From: an uncultured Chloroflexia bacterium
GTDB taxonomy: Bacteria > Chloroflexota > Limnocylindria > Limnocylindrales > CSP1-4
Direction: 5' to 3'
Assembly (NCBI GenBank): GCA_963768655.1
Contig: CAVYIM010000004.1
Coordinates: forward strand, 608,001-672,000
DNA: 64,000 bases
The translations under genes were made by a program, and so were the position numbers. Shown here in pieces: positions 46,044-55,802 of the stretch. The notes beneath the pieces are model-generated. The model was not told where the DNA came from. It searched no databases and worked only from the letters and a program-made list of their open reading frames with translations. Each line of letters opens with the position of its first letter. The stretch's first letter is position 1.

Positions 46044-47018
46044 ATGGCCTCGGCAGTCTTCGACGTGGCGACGATCGTCGGCGCGCTCGACCAGATCGAC
46101 GCCCATCTCGGGTCACCCGTCAGCTGGCATCCGAGCGGCCCGTCGCAGGCGCGCCTGCTCGAATGGCGCGGCAAGCTGGCCGGTGAGGTCGCGAAGCTGC
46201 GCCACCTGGAAGGCTGCGCCTCCGCCGAAGCGGAGGAGCTCAATCGTTTCCTGGCAGAGCGTGACTTCGACTTCCGCTTCGGCCCGCTCACGCCGCCCTC
46301 GTTCGGAGCGGCATCAACGCTCCGGGAGACGACGACATGGCCGTCGCCGGGGACGAGCGTCCCGGTCTTCGCCTCCGGCCGCGACTATCGCGGGTTCATC
46401 CTGGCGGGTCTGTCCGTGGACGGTTTCGGCCTGGCCGACGGATGGACGCTGGTGGCGATGCCGCGGAGGGTCACAGATCCGAGCTACGTCTGGCTCCTGC
46501 TCGGCGATCGTCTGCCCGACGGATCGGACGGATTCGAGTTGTTCGATGCGGCCCACGCGGCCCTGTCCGCGCGTGCTGCCGGCGAGCGCCAGCGGTTCGC
46601 CAGTGTGACCATGCCGGAAGTGCGGCTGATCGCCACGAACGAACTGGCGTGGTTGCGCGGCCTGAGCGGTGAGGGCGGGGCGGCGATCGAGCAGGCGGTG
46701 CAGGAGGCCAAGCTGCGCATCGATCGAACCGGCTCGGAGGCGGCCGTGGCCACGACCCTGGTCATGAGGTCCGCGGCGTTCGGTTTCGTGCGCGACCTGA
46801 CGGTCGACCGGCCGTTCATCGCGTTCTGGACCGACGAAGCCAGCGACGCGCTGCCGCTCGCCGTGGCCCGCTTCGACTTCGACACCTGGAGCGCGTGGGA
46901 CGCGGAGCGTGCCGACCGCGAGAACGCGGAGCTCGAGGCGGCCGATGCCACGGCGGCCGGCGAACAGGGCGACACCGAACGGCCCTCGCTCGTGCGCAGG
47001 CTGCTCATCCGGCGGTAG
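46044..47018 (+). CDS. Divergent, short serpin-like protein
   Basis: C-terminal QAVQEAKLRIDRTGSEAAVAT (serpin s5A/hinge) and LTVDRPFIAF (serpin signature). Confidence 0.6.
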   Translation: MASAVFDVATIVGALDQIDAHLGSPVSWHPSGPSQARLLEWRGKLAGEVAKLRHLEGCASAEAEELNRFLAERDFDFRFGPLTPPSFGAASTLRETTTWPSPGTSVPVFASGRDYRGFILAGLSVDGFGLADGWTLVAMPRRVTDPSYVWLLLGDRLPDGSDGFELFDAAHAALSARAAGERQRFASVTMPEVRLIATNELAWLRGLSGEGGAAIEQAVQEAKLRIDRTGSEAAVATTLVMRSAAFGFVRDLTVDRPFIAFWTDEASDALPLAVARFDFDTWSAWDAERADRENAELEAADATAAGEQGDTERPSLVRRLLIRR

Positions 47019-47190
47019 CCCCGACCGCCGCCGATCGTCTTCCGCGGATCGGCCCCGAATTGACACCTCAACCGCTCCGGACGGCCACTCGGCTATACTG
47101 TGAAGACTATCCAGGCTGCATAAAGGCTATCCGTTTCGCTGCGGCAGCTGCGCCCGATCCGCGGCCCGCCACAACCTGTCGAGGTGCACC

Positions 47191-48489
47191 GTGACCCAGG
47201 CTCCCGGCAAGCTCGCCCAGGCTCCCACCGTTCCGCACCTCGTCACCGAGCTGCCCGGCCCGAAGGCCCGCGCCCACCTGGAGTTCGACCGTCAGTGGAC
47301 CTCGCCGAGCGTGCCACGGGCCTACCCGGTCGTGCCCGTGCGCGGCGAAGGCTGCGTCATCGAGGACATCGACGGCAACCTCCTGCTCGACTTCAACGCC
47401 GGCATCGCCGTGACCTCGACCGGGCACTGCCACCCCGACGTGGTCCGTGCCATCCAGGACCAGGCGGGCAAGCTGCTCCACTACAGCGCCGACTTCTACC
47501 TGCCGATCTACGCCCAGATGTGCGCCGAGCTGGCCCGCATCGCGCCGATGAAGGAGAAGTGCCGCGTCTTCCTCGGCAACTCCGGGACGGAGGCGGTCGA
47601 GGGTTCGATCAAGCTCGCCCGCTTCGCTACCCGTCGCCAGTACATCGTCGCGTTCCTGGGCGCCTTCCACGGCCGCTCCTACGGTTCCGTGTCGCTGACC
47701 GCTTCGAAAGCGAAGTACCACGCCGGCTTCGGGCCGATGCTGCCGGGCGTCTTCCACGCCCCGTTCGGGCACGTCGCGGACCTGCGCTGGTTCGACGACG
47801 TGCTATTCGACAAGCTGGTTCCGCCCGAAGAAGTGGCGGCCATCATCCTGGAGCCGATCCAGGGCGAGGGTGGCTACGTCGTCCCCGAAGACGGCTTCAT
47901 CCAGGGAGTGCGCGCGATCTGCGACAAACACGGCATCCTGCTGATCGCCGACGAGGTTCAGTCGGGCGGCGGCCGGACCGGCAAGATGTGGGCCATCCAG
48001 AACTGGGACGTGGAGCCGGACATCGTGGCCACCGCCAAGGGGATTGCCAGCGGCATGCCCCTGGGCGCGTTCATCGCCCGCGACTCGCTCATGACGAAAT
48101 GGGGTCCCGGTGCGCACGGCACCACGTATGGCGGCAACCCGGTTGCCTGCGCCGCCTCGCTCGAGACGATCAAGCTGCTCGAAGGCGGGCTGATGGCCAA
48201 CGCGAAGGCGCGCGGCGATGAGTTGCTGGCCGGGCTTCGGGTCTTGCAGGCGCGGTTCCCGTCCGTTGTGCGCGACGTGCGCGGCATCGGACTGATGATT
48301 GGCGTGGAGTTCGACTCGCACGAGCGCGCCGCGGCCGTGGAGTGGGGCTCGTTCCAGCGCGGGCTGCTCGTGCTGGAGGCCGGCCACACCGTGGTCCGCA
48401 TCTCGCCGCCGCTCGTCATCACGGCCGAAGAGGCGGCCCTCGGGCTGAAGCTCTTTGGCGAGGCCGTCGCCGAGGCCGCGGCGAAGTAG
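47191..48489 (+). CDS. Class III PLP aminotransferase (4-aminobutyrate/ornithine type)
   Basis: NSGTEAVE, FHGRS, EPIQGEGG, DEVQSG, AKGIASG and HGTTYGGNP motifs. Confidence 0.93.
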   Translation: MTQAPGKLAQAPTVPHLVTELPGPKARAHLEFDRQWTSPSVPRAYPVVPVRGEGCVIEDIDGNLLLDFNAGIAVTSTGHCHPDVVRAIQDQAGKLLHYSADFYLPIYAQMCAELARIAPMKEKCRVFLGNSGTEAVEGSIKLARFATRRQYIVAFLGAFHGRSYGSVSLTASKAKYHAGFGPMLPGVFHAPFGHVADLRWFDDVLFDKLVPPEEVAAIILEPIQGEGGYVVPEDGFIQGVRAICDKHGILLIADEVQSGGGRTGKMWAIQNWDVEPDIVATAKGIASGMPLGAFIARDSLMTKWGPGAHGTTYGGNPVACAASLETIKLLEGGLMANAKARGDELLAGLRVLQARFPSVVRDVRGIGLMIGVEFDSHERAAAVEWGSFQRGLLVLEAGHTVVRISPPLVITAEEAALGLKLFGEAVAEAAAK

Positions 48490-48581
48490 GCTCTGTGCAG
48501 CCGCGATGCAGTCGCGGATGATCGTCGGGCCATCGCCAGATATCGCCAGATAAGGTCCAGATAAGCCGCAGGTAAGCGCCG

Positions 48582-49499
48582 ATGAGTAAGGTCATGTCGA
48601 TGCGCGACGCCGTCGCCGCGAATGTCCATGACGGCGACGTCGTCGCCATCGAAGGCTTCACGCACCTGATCTGCTTCGCGGCGGGTCACGAGATCATTCG
48701 CCAGCGCAAGCGGGACCTTACGCTGGCGCGCCTAACGCCGGACCTGATCTACGACCAGATGGTCGCGGCCGGGACGGCGCGCAAGCTCGTGTTCAGCTGG
48801 CTCGGAAACCCTGGCGTCGGCGGGCTCCACGCGATCCGCCGCCGGGTCGAAGACGCCGATCCGGCGCCGCTCGAGCTGGAGGAGTACAGCCACTTCGGCA
48901 TGGTCGGGCGGTATACGGCCGGCGCCTCGAACCTGCCGTTCTTCCCGCTGCGCTCCTACTTCGAGACGGACCTGCCGAAGGCGAACCCGCTGATCAGGCC
49001 AATCCGCTCGCCCTACGGCGACGAGACGGTCTACACGGTTCCGCCGCTCAAGCCGGACGTGACGGTCGTTCACGCCCAGCGGGCCGACGCCGAGGGCGAC
49101 ACCCAGATGTGGGGCCTGCTGGGCTGTCAGAAGGAGGCTGCCTTCGCCGCCGAGCGGGTCATCGTCGTCGTGGAGGAGCTCGTCCCGGAGGCGGTCATTC
49201 GGGCGGATCCGAACCGCACCGTCATCCCGGGCCTGATCGTGGACGCGGTGGTCGTGGAGCCGTTTGGGGCGCATCCCTCCTACGTCCAGGGTGCCTACGA
49301 CCGCGACAACCGCTTCTACCGCGACTGGGACGCGATTGCCCGCGAGGACGCGACCACTCAGGCCTGGCTCGACGAATGGGTCTACGGCGTCAGCGGTCGG
49401 GCGGAGTACGTCGAGAAGCTCGGGGCCGAAAGGGTGGCCAGCCTGAGGCCCTCGGGCGAAGCGCCATCCGGCTCGGTCGACTACGGAGTCTACAGATGA
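48582..49499 (+). CDS. CoA-transferase subunit A (glutaconate/3-oxoadipate family I)
   Basis: EGFTHLI, RLTPDLIYDQ, HAQRAD and PFGAHPS motifs. Confidence 0.9.
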   Translation: MSKVMSMRDAVAANVHDGDVVAIEGFTHLICFAAGHEIIRQRKRDLTLARLTPDLIYDQMVAAGTARKLVFSWLGNPGVGGLHAIRRRVEDADPAPLELEEYSHFGMVGRYTAGASNLPFFPLRSYFETDLPKANPLIRPIRSPYGDETVYTVPPLKPDVTVVHAQRADAEGDTQMWGLLGCQKEAAFAAERVIVVVEELVPEAVIRADPNRTVIPGLIVDAVVVEPFGAHPSYVQGAYDRDNRFYRDWDAIAREDATTQAWLDEWVYGVSGRAEYVEKLGAERVASLRPSGEAPSGSVDYGVYR

Positions 49500-50338
49500 G
49501 CGAGTCGCGTCCGGCGGCGGGTTCGGCCGCCGGCGGCCCCGGCGTCGGCGGCTCCGCCACCCCGGCCTCCACCTTCAGCAAGTCCGAGATGATGATCGTG
49601 GCAGCCGCCCGCGAGCTGGCCGGCCAGCGCGTCTGCTTCGTCGGCGTGGGGCTGCCGAACATCGCCGTCAACCTGGCCCGCCTGACCGTCGCTCCGACGC
49701 TCGAGCTGGTCTACGAGTCGGGCGCCTTCGGCGCGAAGCCGGCCCGGCTGCCGCTCTCGATCGGAGACCCGACCATCGTCACGGGCGCCACGGCTGCCGT
49801 ATCGATGTTCGAGCTGTTCAGCTTCTACCTGCAGGGCGGCCTGGTCGACGTCGGGTTCCTCGGCGCCGCCCAGATCGACCGCTTCGGCAACATCAACAGC
49901 ACCGTCATCGGCGAGTACGAGCATCCGAAGACGCGGCTGCCGGGCTCGGGCGGAGCGTGCGAGATCGCCATCAACGCCCGCCAGGTGTTCGTGATCATGC
50001 GCCAGTCGAAGCGCTCGTTCGTCGATCGGATCGACTTCCGGACTTCGCCCGGCAACCTCGGCGGGGCGGCGGCGGCGGCCCGAATCCGGCGCGAGGAGGG
50101 CTGGCTAGGGCGCGGGCCATCGGTCGTCGTGACGGACCTGGGCATCTACCACTTCGACGACTCGGGCGAGATGCGCCTGGACTCGATCCATCCCGGCGCC
50201 ACGCTCGACCAGATCCGCGACACGATCGGCTGGGAGCCCAGGGTGGCCGAGCCGCTGGCCACGACGCCGGCGCCCACGCCCGAGGAGCTGCGCCTCATCC
50301 GCGAGGAGCTCGACCCCGAAGGCGCCTACACGAAGTAG
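49496..50338 (+). CDS. CoA-transferase subunit B
   Basis: FVGVGLP, LVYESG (catalytic Glu), AQIDRFGNINST and LPGSGG motifs. Confidence 0.9.
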   Translation: MSESRPAAGSAAGGPGVGGSATPASTFSKSEMMIVAAARELAGQRVCFVGVGLPNIAVNLARLTVAPTLELVYESGAFGAKPARLPLSIGDPTIVTGATAAVSMFELFSFYLQGGLVDVGFLGAAQIDRFGNINSTVIGEYEHPKTRLPGSGGACEIAINARQVFVIMRQSKRSFVDRIDFRTSPGNLGGAAAAARIRREEGWLGRGPSVVVTDLGIYHFDDSGEMRLDSIHPGATLDQIRDTIGWEPRVAEPLATTPAPTPEELRLIREELDPEGAYTK

Positions 50339-50371
50339 GGCCAGGGGCCGCGCGCGCCGTGCGCTGCACGT

Positions 50372-50860
50372 CTACCGCCTGACGGCCTCCGGCCTGCCCC
50401 GGACGACCATCACCGGGCAGTGGGCGTGGCGAACCACGAAGTCGGAGACGCTGCCGATGAAGAAGCGGCTGACGCCGCTGCGGCCGTGCGAGCCAACGAC
50501 GATCAGGTCGGCGCACTCCGAGTCCGCCGCCGCGACGATCGCGTCGCCGGCCTCGCCTTCCCAGACCAGGTACGTGGCGTTGGCGCCTGCGGCGCGGGCT
50601 CGCTGCACGATGGCCTGCGCCCTGGCTGCCATCGAATCACGCGAGTCGGCCTCGTGCGCCTCGACGCCGGGGGCTCCGTGCGCCGACGCGCCGTGGGCGG
50701 CCGCGGCTGCGGCCTCGGACGGCTGGCGCGCGGAGGCCACGACGCTCACGACGAGGAGTCGCGCCTCCACCTGGATGGCGAGATCGATGGCTTGCTCGCT
50801 CGCCGGCTCCGATGCGGCCGAGCCGTCGGTGGCGAGCAGGATCGTTTCGAGTCGGGGCAT
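50372..50860 (-). CDS. Universal stress protein (UspA family)
   Basis: ILLATDGS and DLIVVGSHGRSGVSRFFIGSVS...HAHCPVMVV motifs. Confidence 0.93.
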   Translation of the reverse strand: MPRLETILLATDGSAASEPASEQAIDLAIQVEARLLVVSVVASARQPSEAAAAAAHGASAHGAPGVEAHEADSRDSMAARAQAIVQRARAAGANATYLVWEGEAGDAIVAAADSECADLIVVGSHGRSGVSRFFIGSVSDFVVRHAHCPVMVVRGRPEAVRR

Positions 50861-50933
50861 CACGCTCAATCCGGCGCCATGCGGGGCGCGCCGGTCCGTC
50901 TCGATGGTGGGCGCGCGTCCGGGGAAGGGCCAA

Positions 50934-50947
50934 GGTACATGCGGCCC
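50934..50947. promoter_or_regulatory. DevR/DosR-like box upstream of usp
   Basis: GGTAC-ATGC-GGCCC matches 7 of 8 positions of GGGNC-N4-GNCCC. Confidence 0.45.
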
Positions 50948-51098
50948 GTTCCTGCTGGCGCTATGGCACCTGGTCGGGGCGAGAGGAGTAGCGGCGAGAG
51001 CATTCGAGCGCGCGATTCCGACCACTCCGGTTCCGGCCGCGGTGTTGACCTGACCCACCTCGCGCGAGCAACGCGAGGACTTGACGCCGAGGGTGGGA

Positions 51099-51503
51099 AT
51101 GGGTCAGGGTGGCGCCGTGCCCTCTCAGCCACTCCCCACACCCGGACCGATCACCCGGCTCGGCCGCCTCGTCCAACCGGCCGACGCCAACGAGCGCGGC
51201 ACTCTCTTCGGCGGAGAGGCCATGCGGTTCATGGACGAGGCAGCGGCCGTTGCCGCCATCCGCTACGCCCGCGGGTCGGTGCTGACCGCCCACGTCGACG
51301 CCATAGACTTCCGGGCCCCGGTCCCCATCGGCGCCTTCATCGAAGCGATCGCTCGGGTCGTGGCCGTCGGCCGCACGTCGATGACCGTGGAGGTGGTCCT
51401 CGAGGCCGAGGACCGGCACACGGCCGCGCGCACGGTCACCACAACAGGGCGCTTCGTTCTCGTGGCAGTGGACGCCGAGGGGCTGCCGCGCGAGGTTCGG
51501 TGA
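51099..51503 (+). CDS. Hotdog-fold acyl-CoA thioesterase
   Basis: DANERGTLFGG...MDEAA and VGRTSMTVEV motifs. The start codon is uncertain. Confidence 0.88.
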   Translation: MGQGGAVPSQPLPTPGPITRLGRLVQPADANERGTLFGGEAMRFMDEAAAVAAIRYARGSVLTAHVDAIDFRAPVPIGAFIEAIARVVAVGRTSMTVEVVLEAEDRHTAARTVTTTGRFVLVAVDAEGLPREVR

Positions 51504-51624
51504 GGCGCGCCGCCGCCGGCCCGCGGCGTGCCGCGGGCCCCAACCCGACCGGCCGGCGTTTCGCGCCGCAGGCGAGCGAGGCGGGGCGACCCACGCGAGC
51601 TGGCGGCCTGCTAGGCTGCCGTTG

Positions 51625-53193
51625 ATGACGGCATCTGACTCAGCCGCGAAGGTGCGCCAGAACTCTTCTGGCCTCCTCGGGCTGCGCGACGTGGCCACGG
51701 CGCTGGACGTCTGGCGGCGAGATCCCAACGCCGCCACTCACGGTCGCCTGGCCGAAGCGTTCGGGCGAGTCGTGACCGGCTCAGGGCTGCGGGGCGGTCA
51801 CCTCTACCTCCATGCGCCCCCGCTCGCCGAGGCCGAGCTGCGCGCCGGTAGCCTCCTCGACGAGAGCACGCAGGCGGCCGGCGTGCACGCATACGAGCTT
51901 CGCTTCGGCGATCGGATCCTGGCGACGCTGGCGCTGGACGCCCCGCCGGCCGCCGTGTTCTCGGTCGACGAGTGCGCCCGAGGCCTGGAGATCGTCGTCG
52001 GAGCGGCCTGGTCCGAGGCGCGCGCCGGCCAGGCCACGGACGAGCTGGCCGCCCTCGACACCGCCACGCGCGGCATCGCCGGCGTGCTGGACCTGGATCG
52101 GGTCCTGCAGCTGATCACGGACCGGGTCCGCGAGCTCGCCCATGCCCAATATGCGGCCCTGGGGATCGTCGACCAGGAAGGCGGGATCGAGCGCTTCATC
52201 ACCAGCGGCATCGGCCGCACGGAGCGCGAGAGGATCGGCCCTCCGCCGCACGGCCACGGCCTCCTGGGCGTCATCGCCACCGTCAATCGTCCGCTGCGGA
52301 TCCACGATATCGCCACGGACCCGCGGCGCTACGGCTTCCCGGCCAATCACCCGGCGATGAATTCCTTGCTCGGAGTTCCGATCGGTGTGAAGGGCCGATC
52401 GATCGGCCGGCTGTACCTGACCAACAAGCTGCCTTCGGGCGACTTCACGGAGGACGATGAGCGGCTGGTCGAGATGTTCGCCCTGCATGCCGGCATCGCC
52501 ATCGAGAACGCCCGACTGCACGAGCAGGTGCAGCGGCTGGCCATCGTCGAGGAGCGCGAACGGATCGGCCGCGACCTCCACGACGGCATCATCCAGAGCA
52601 TCTATGCCGTGGGTCTCTCGCTCGAGGACGTCCCGGATCTGATGGAGGACGAGCCTGAGGTCGCCCGCGCCCGAGTCGAGCATGCCATCGATTCGCTCGA
52701 CCAGTCGATCCGCGACATCCGCAACTTCATCTTCGGCCTGCGCCCCGAGCTGCTCGAACAGGCCGGCCTGGTTGGCGGCCTGGCGGCCCTGGCAGACGAG
52801 TTCCGGGTCAACAGCATGGTCGACATCGACGTCGAGACCTTCGGCGTCGAGGACGTGGATCTCTCGCCCGATCAGACGGGTCAGCTGCTCTCCATCGCCC
52901 GAGAGGCACTCAGCAACGTCGCCCGCCACTCCAAGGCGACCCGCGGAACGGTTCGCGTGGAGGTCCGCGACGGCACGATCCGGCTGACCGTCAGCGACAA
53001 CGGCGTCGGCTTCGAGCCCGACCGGCAGCGCGGCCCGAGCCATCAGGGCCTGATCAACATGCGCGCCCGGGCCGTCGCGGTAGGTGGGCATCTGGTGCTC
53101 GAAAGCGCACCGGGTGGCGGCACGCGTATCATCGTGGAGGTTGCGCGGCGCGAGACGCTTGGCGCCGATGCCAGCCAGCTAGGAGACGAATGA
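51625..53193 (+). CDS. GAF-domain HisKA_3 sensor kinase, DevS/DosS-like
   Basis: GFPANHPAMNSLLGVP heme-GAF motif, ERERIGRDLHD, EALSNVARHS and DNGVGF. Confidence 0.9.
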   Translation: MTASDSAAKVRQNSSGLLGLRDVATALDVWRRDPNAATHGRLAEAFGRVVTGSGLRGGHLYLHAPPLAEAELRAGSLLDESTQAAGVHAYELRFGDRILATLALDAPPAAVFSVDECARGLEIVVGAAWSEARAGQATDELAALDTATRGIAGVLDLDRVLQLITDRVRELAHAQYAALGIVDQEGGIERFITSGIGRTERERIGPPPHGHGLLGVIATVNRPLRIHDIATDPRRYGFPANHPAMNSLLGVPIGVKGRSIGRLYLTNKLPSGDFTEDDERLVEMFALHAGIAIENARLHEQVQRLAIVEERERIGRDLHDGIIQSIYAVGLSLEDVPDLMEDEPEVARARVEHAIDSLDQSIRDIRNFIFGLRPELLEQAGLVGGLAALADEFRVNSMVDIDVETFGVEDVDLSPDQTGQLLSIAREALSNVARHSKATRGTVRVEVRDGTIRLTVSDNGVGFEPDRQRGPSHQGLINMRARAVAVGGHLVLESAPGGGTRIIVEVARRETLGADASQLGDE

Positions 53194-53861
53194 CCGACCA
53201 GCTCGATGCACGCCCGCTGCGGCTGCTCGTGGTCGACGATCACGAGGTCGTACGGCAAGGCCTCGTCTCGCTGCTCGACAGGCGCGAGCACTTCCAGGTC
53301 GTTGCCGAGGCGGGAACCGCGGCCGAGGCCGTGGAGATGGCGCGCAAGTTCGAACCGGACCTGGTGGTCATGGACGTCCGCCTGCCGGATGGCTCCGGGA
53401 TCGAGGCCTGCCGCGAGATTCGAGCCGAATTCCCGGCCACGCGCGTCGTCATCCTGACGAGCTACCCGGACGAGGAAGCCGTTCTGTCGGCGATCATCGC
53501 CGGCGCATCGGGCTATCTGCTCAAGCAGATCCGCAGCCGCGACCTCGTCAGTGCCCTCGAGTCGGTCGGCCGGGGCGAGTCGCTGCTCGATCCCGCCGTC
53601 ACCGAGAAGGTGCTCGACCGAGTCCGCCGCATCGCCACCGGCACCTATACCGACGAGATGGCCCAGCTGACCCAGCAGGAGCAGAAGATCCTGCTGCTCG
53701 TGGCCGAAGGCAAGACCAACAAGGAGATCGCGGCGGAGGTCTTCCTTTCGGACAAGACGGTCAAGAACTACGTCAGCTCGATCCTCTCCAAGTTGAACCT
53801 GGAGCGCCGCGCTCAGGCGGCTGCGTTCGTCGCGCGGCATCGGTTGAAGGGCGGGGCATAG
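53190..53861 (+). CDS. DevR/DosR-like NarL-family response regulator
   Basis: DDHEVVRQG, DVRLPDGSG, ASGYLLKQI and KTVKNYVSSILSKL...RAQAA motifs. Confidence 0.92.
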   Translation: MTDQLDARPLRLLVVDDHEVVRQGLVSLLDRREHFQVVAEAGTAAEAVEMARKFEPDLVVMDVRLPDGSGIEACREIRAEFPATRVVILTSYPDEEAVLSAIIAGASGYLLKQIRSRDLVSALESVGRGESLLDPAVTEKVLDRVRRIATGTYTDEMAQLTQQEQKILLLVAEGKTNKEIAAEVFLSDKTVKNYVSSILSKLNLERRAQAAAFVARHRLKGGA

Positions 53862-53873
53862 CCGCCGCTCAGT

Positions 53874-54026
53874 CGGGCGATCTCTTCGTTACGCCTCCGG
53901 GTGTTCTGCTCACGCACGTTCAAGTGCGCTCGCGTCACGTCCTCGGCGCGCCTCGATCTCGCCCGCCGGAGCGGCGGCGCTGCAGGCTCGCGGCGGGCCA
54001 TCTCTTCGTTACGCCTCCGGGCGTTC
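53874..54026. repeat. 33-bp direct repeat pair, 120-bp period
   Basis: CGGGC(G/C)ATCTCTTCGTTACGCCTCCGGG(T/C)GTTC at 53874-53906 and 53994-54026. Confidence 0.9.
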
Positions 54027-54114
54027 CCCAACGCCGCTCCTCCGTGTCGCCGGGCATCATCCGACCGGGGCGCTCGACTTCACGCAGATTCGTGCGGCCA
54101 CTACACTCCGCCTC

Positions 54115-55386
54115 ATGCGTATCGTCACCGCCGATGAGGCCGTTTCTGCCATCCAATCAGGTCAGCAGATCTTCATGCACGGCTCAGCCGCGACACCGTC
54201 CGTGCTCCTCGACGCGCTGTGCAGGCGCGCCCCTCTGCTCCAGGACGTCAAGATCGTTCACATGCACTGCGAAGGCCCGCACCCTCATCTCGCGCCGGAG
54301 ATGCAGGGCCACCTGCTGCATCGCGCCGTGTTCATCGGTCCGAACGCTCGCCAGGCGATCAACGAAGGCCGGGCCGAGTTCATCCCCGTCTTCCTGTCGG
54401 ACATCCCGCGCCTGATCGAAACCGGGCTCCTGCCGCTGGACGCGGTGTTCATCAATGTAACTCCGCCCGACGAGCACGGCTACTGCTCGCTCGGCACTGC
54501 GGTCGACACTATGCACACGGCGATCCGCTGTGCGAAGACCGTCATCGCCCAGCTGAACAAGAGCATGCCGCGCACCCTGGGCGACAGCTTCATCCATGTC
54601 AGCAAGATCGATTTCGGGGTCGAAGTGGACCAGCCGCCGTACACCTACCATCGCGGCGACGTCGGTGATGTGGAGCGGCGCGTCGGCGAGTTCGTAGCGG
54701 ATCTCATCCCGGACGAGGCGACACTGCAGATGGGAATCGGCGCCATTCCCAGCGCCGTCGGCCTGTGCCTGGACGGCAGGAAGAACCTGGGCGTCCACAC
54801 CGAGATGTTCACCGATGTGCTGGTCGATCTCGTGGAGCGCGGGGTGGTGACCTGTGAACGCAAGGAGCTCGACTGCGGCAAGGCCGTCACCGCCTTCATG
54901 ATGGGCTCGCCGCGCCTCTACAAGTTCGTCGACAACAATCCGATGGTCGAGATGCGGCCGGTCGACTACACGAACGACACGGCTGTCATCCGGCGCTTCA
55001 AGCGCATGACGGCCATCAACTCGGCCATCGAAGTGGACCTTACCGGCCAGGTATGCGCCGACTCGATCGGACACCGCATGTACAGCGGCGTCGGCGGCCA
55101 GATGGACTTCATGCGCGGCGCGGCCCTGGCCGTGGAAGGGCGGGCCATCATCGCGTTGCCCTCCACCGGTGCCGACGGCAAGTTCACCCGTATCACGGCC
55201 AACCTGAAAGAAGGGGCCGGTGTGACGACGACCCGCTCGCACGTTCGAACCGTCGTGACGGAGTACGGCGTGGCCGAGCTATTCGGGCAGAGCTTCCGCG
55301 AGCGGGCCAAGCGGCTCATCGCCATCGCCCACCCCGATTTCCGCGACGAGCTCACGGCCTACGCGAAGAAGTACCACGAGCTCTAG
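54115..55386 (+). CDS. Acetyl-CoA hydrolase/transferase (4-hydroxybutyrate CoA-transferase-like)
   Basis: LQMGIGAIP, HTEMF, SGVGGQMDF and VVTEYGVA motifs. TACACT 7 nt before the ATG suggests a leaderless transcript. Confidence 0.93.
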   Translation: MRIVTADEAVSAIQSGQQIFMHGSAATPSVLLDALCRRAPLLQDVKIVHMHCEGPHPHLAPEMQGHLLHRAVFIGPNARQAINEGRAEFIPVFLSDIPRLIETGLLPLDAVFINVTPPDEHGYCSLGTAVDTMHTAIRCAKTVIAQLNKSMPRTLGDSFIHVSKIDFGVEVDQPPYTYHRGDVGDVERRVGEFVADLIPDEATLQMGIGAIPSAVGLCLDGRKNLGVHTEMFTDVLVDLVERGVVTCERKELDCGKAVTAFMMGSPRLYKFVDNNPMVEMRPVDYTNDTAVIRRFKRMTAINSAIEVDLTGQVCADSIGHRMYSGVGGQMDFMRGAALAVEGRAIIALPSTGADGKFTRITANLKEGAGVTTTRSHVRTVVTEYGVAELFGQSFRERAKRLIAIAHPDFRDELTAYAKKYHEL

Positions 55387-55802
55387 ACCGATCGAGCCCG
55401 GCCCCGCTCGTTCGTGATCGGAGTCGCCGGTTTCGATTCGCGACATCCGGCCGGACCACTCAGTTCGACGCCGCTTCGAGGCGGCAGCATGCCTCGTTTC
55501 GCTCACGTCATGTTTCCATGGGCGTATCCGCCCGGGAATGCGACGTTTTCCGTCATCTACACCTGGTAGGCGTGCTCGACGCGGATTGTGGCCGTGGTAG
55601 CTCGCACGCTGCGTTCCCGAACGCGTTCGCGCGCTCGTCGCGAGCGTGGATCGTGCGCAGCGCGCCTCGGGCCGATGCCCGTGCCATCAGGGACTGCGTC
55701 TTGCACTCCCGGTAGGCGTAAGTGGCGGAAACGCGGGGGGCACTTGACCGCCCTCCAACCGCGAGGAGCGAACAAGCGAGCGCACGGGATTTTGCCGGGC
55801 GC

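Noticed and set aside
47060-47099. TTGACA + TATACT as one sigma70 promoter
   Set aside because: The spacing is 28 bp rather than about 17, so the two boxes cannot belong to one promoter.
53874-54026. Mini CRISPR array
   Set aside because: Only two repeats, an 87-bp spacer that is too long, and no cas genes.
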